Shown here piece by piece: positions 63,170 through 64,000 of a stretch of 64,000 bases of DNA (the stretch's first letter is position 1; each line of letters begins with the position of its first letter). The stretch is from Gemmatimonadales bacterium (GTDB taxonomy: Bacteria > Gemmatimonadota > Gemmatimonadetes > Gemmatimonadales > GWC2-71-9): assembly GCA_037189525.1 (NCBI GenBank), contig JBBCJC010000003.1, positions 704,001-768,000 of the forward strand, written 5' to 3'. The notes under the pieces were generated by a model. That model saw only the letters and a list, made by a program, of their open reading frames with translations, ran no database searches and was not told where the DNA came from. Position numbers and translations under genes: made by a program.

Positions 63170-63243
63170 TGCCCCCGAGAGGATTCGAACCTCCGGCCAA
63201 CGGTTTAGGAAACCGCTGCTCTATCCAGCTGAGCTACGGGGGC
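63170..63243 (-). tRNA. tRNA-Arg(CCT)
   Basis: GCCCCCGTAGCTCAGCTGGATAGAGCAGCGGTTTCCTAAACCGTTGGCCGGAGGTTCGAATCCTCTCGGGGGCA folds as a cloverleaf with anticodon CCT; CCA is not encoded. Confidence 0.95.
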
Positions 63244-63646
63244 GCTGGGCGACGCAGAAATCGAACAATCTCAAAAATACCACATCCCAGACGGCGACGC
63301 AGCATTCCACGGCATGGGAGCCAGGCGGCTCGAGCAGCGCGACCGCTCAGGTCCCAGACAGCCGTTGAATGTGCCTGCCGCGACCGCGGGCCACAGCAGC
63401 CGGTTCGTTCTCCTGCACTCCGTTCAGCGCCCGCCGGGATCAAGCGTTTAGTTCCCAACCTGCACTTAGGCCCCGGAGGCACCCGGCTCCGCATCCGGCC
63501 CCACGAATGGCGCGGCCAGGAGGCGTTAAATCGCCCTGCCGCGCTACAGCTACCTTCGTCAAGCGTTAAACGCAATAATTAGCTTGAAACTGACAGCTCA
63601 AAGCAAGGTGTTGCAATAGTTTACTGTGTTGTCTTCAACCGAAATA

Positions 63647-64000
63647 TCAAGAAGGCTCAGTGGCGTTTTTCTCTCGCCGGGCCTTGATGGCCTCGATCAC
63701 GACCGGCATGACCGACAGGATGATGATCGCGATGATGACCATCCCGAAGTTCTCCCGGACGAACGGCAGGTTCCCGAAAAAGTAGCCCAGCCAGACAAAC
63801 AGGCCGACCCAGACCACCGCCCCGATCACGTTGTAGGTCAGGAACCTGGAGTAGTGCATCGTCCCCACTCCGGCCACGAACGGCGCGAAGGTCCGGACGA
63901 TGGGAACGAATCGGGCCAGGATGATGGTCTTCCCGCCGTGCTTCGCAAAGAAGGCATGGGTCCGGTCGAGATACTCTTTCTTGAGCCACCGGACTTCCCC
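63647..64000 (-). CDS. dedA: DedA family protein, C-terminal part (truncated by window end)
   Basis: Manual translation ...[42 protein letters not shown]. Confidence 0.92.
   Translation of the reverse strand, partial: GEVRWLKKEYLDRTHAFFAKHGGKTIILARFVPIVRTFAPFVAGVGTMHYSRFLTYNVIGAVVWVGLFVWLGYFFGNLPFVRENFGMVIIAIIILSVMPVVIEAIKARREKNATEPS

Noticed and set aside
63170..63243. tRNA-Arg as the integration site of an island
   Set aside because: I saw no duplicate of the tRNA 3' end in the window and no integrase nearby.

Overview
High-GC bacterial chromosome segment from a diderm, LPS-making organism. Gene content and order suggest Gemmatimonadota, which is my inference and not a database result. 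It is mostly housekeeping DNA, nearly all on the + strand. In order: mdh(3' end)-sdhCAB, an LVIVD lipoprotein, dcd plus an esterase (minus strand), a complete nuoA-N operon, PMM/PGM, a UPF0182-like protein, sucCD-ndk, yceD-rpmF-plsX-fabH-fabD-fabG-acpP-fabF, futalosine menaquinone genes mqnE-mqnA-mqnC, ispF, dedA and xerD. A ~19 kb tightly packed run follows, from kdsB-pyrG-kdsA-kdsC-kdsD-lptC-lptA-like-lptB-rpoN directly into an 8-gene glycan-modification cluster (GT2, GT4, FemAB-like GNAT, acetyltransferase, deacetylase, flippase-like, YfhO GT-C, DPM1-like) and dapF. Next come a cadA/cadR metal cassette with a 19-bp-spacer MerR promoter and an M20 amidohydrolase. At 61944-61971 there is a clear 28-bp dif (XerCD) site where gene orientation flips, so the window probably spans the replication terminus. 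Beyond dif lie a short duplicate of a TPR gene's 3' end with its terminator, the TPR gene, tRNA-Arg(CCT) and a second dedA. The best candidates for something undescribed are the Lpt/Kdo-linked GT-C glycosylation module, a CX5CX2C radical-SAM motif in MqnE, the dif-adjacent duplication, and several regulatory sites (Rex-like operator, sigma54-like boxes, IHF site, ECF promoter, leaderless starts). I found no CRISPR array, transposase or phage genes.
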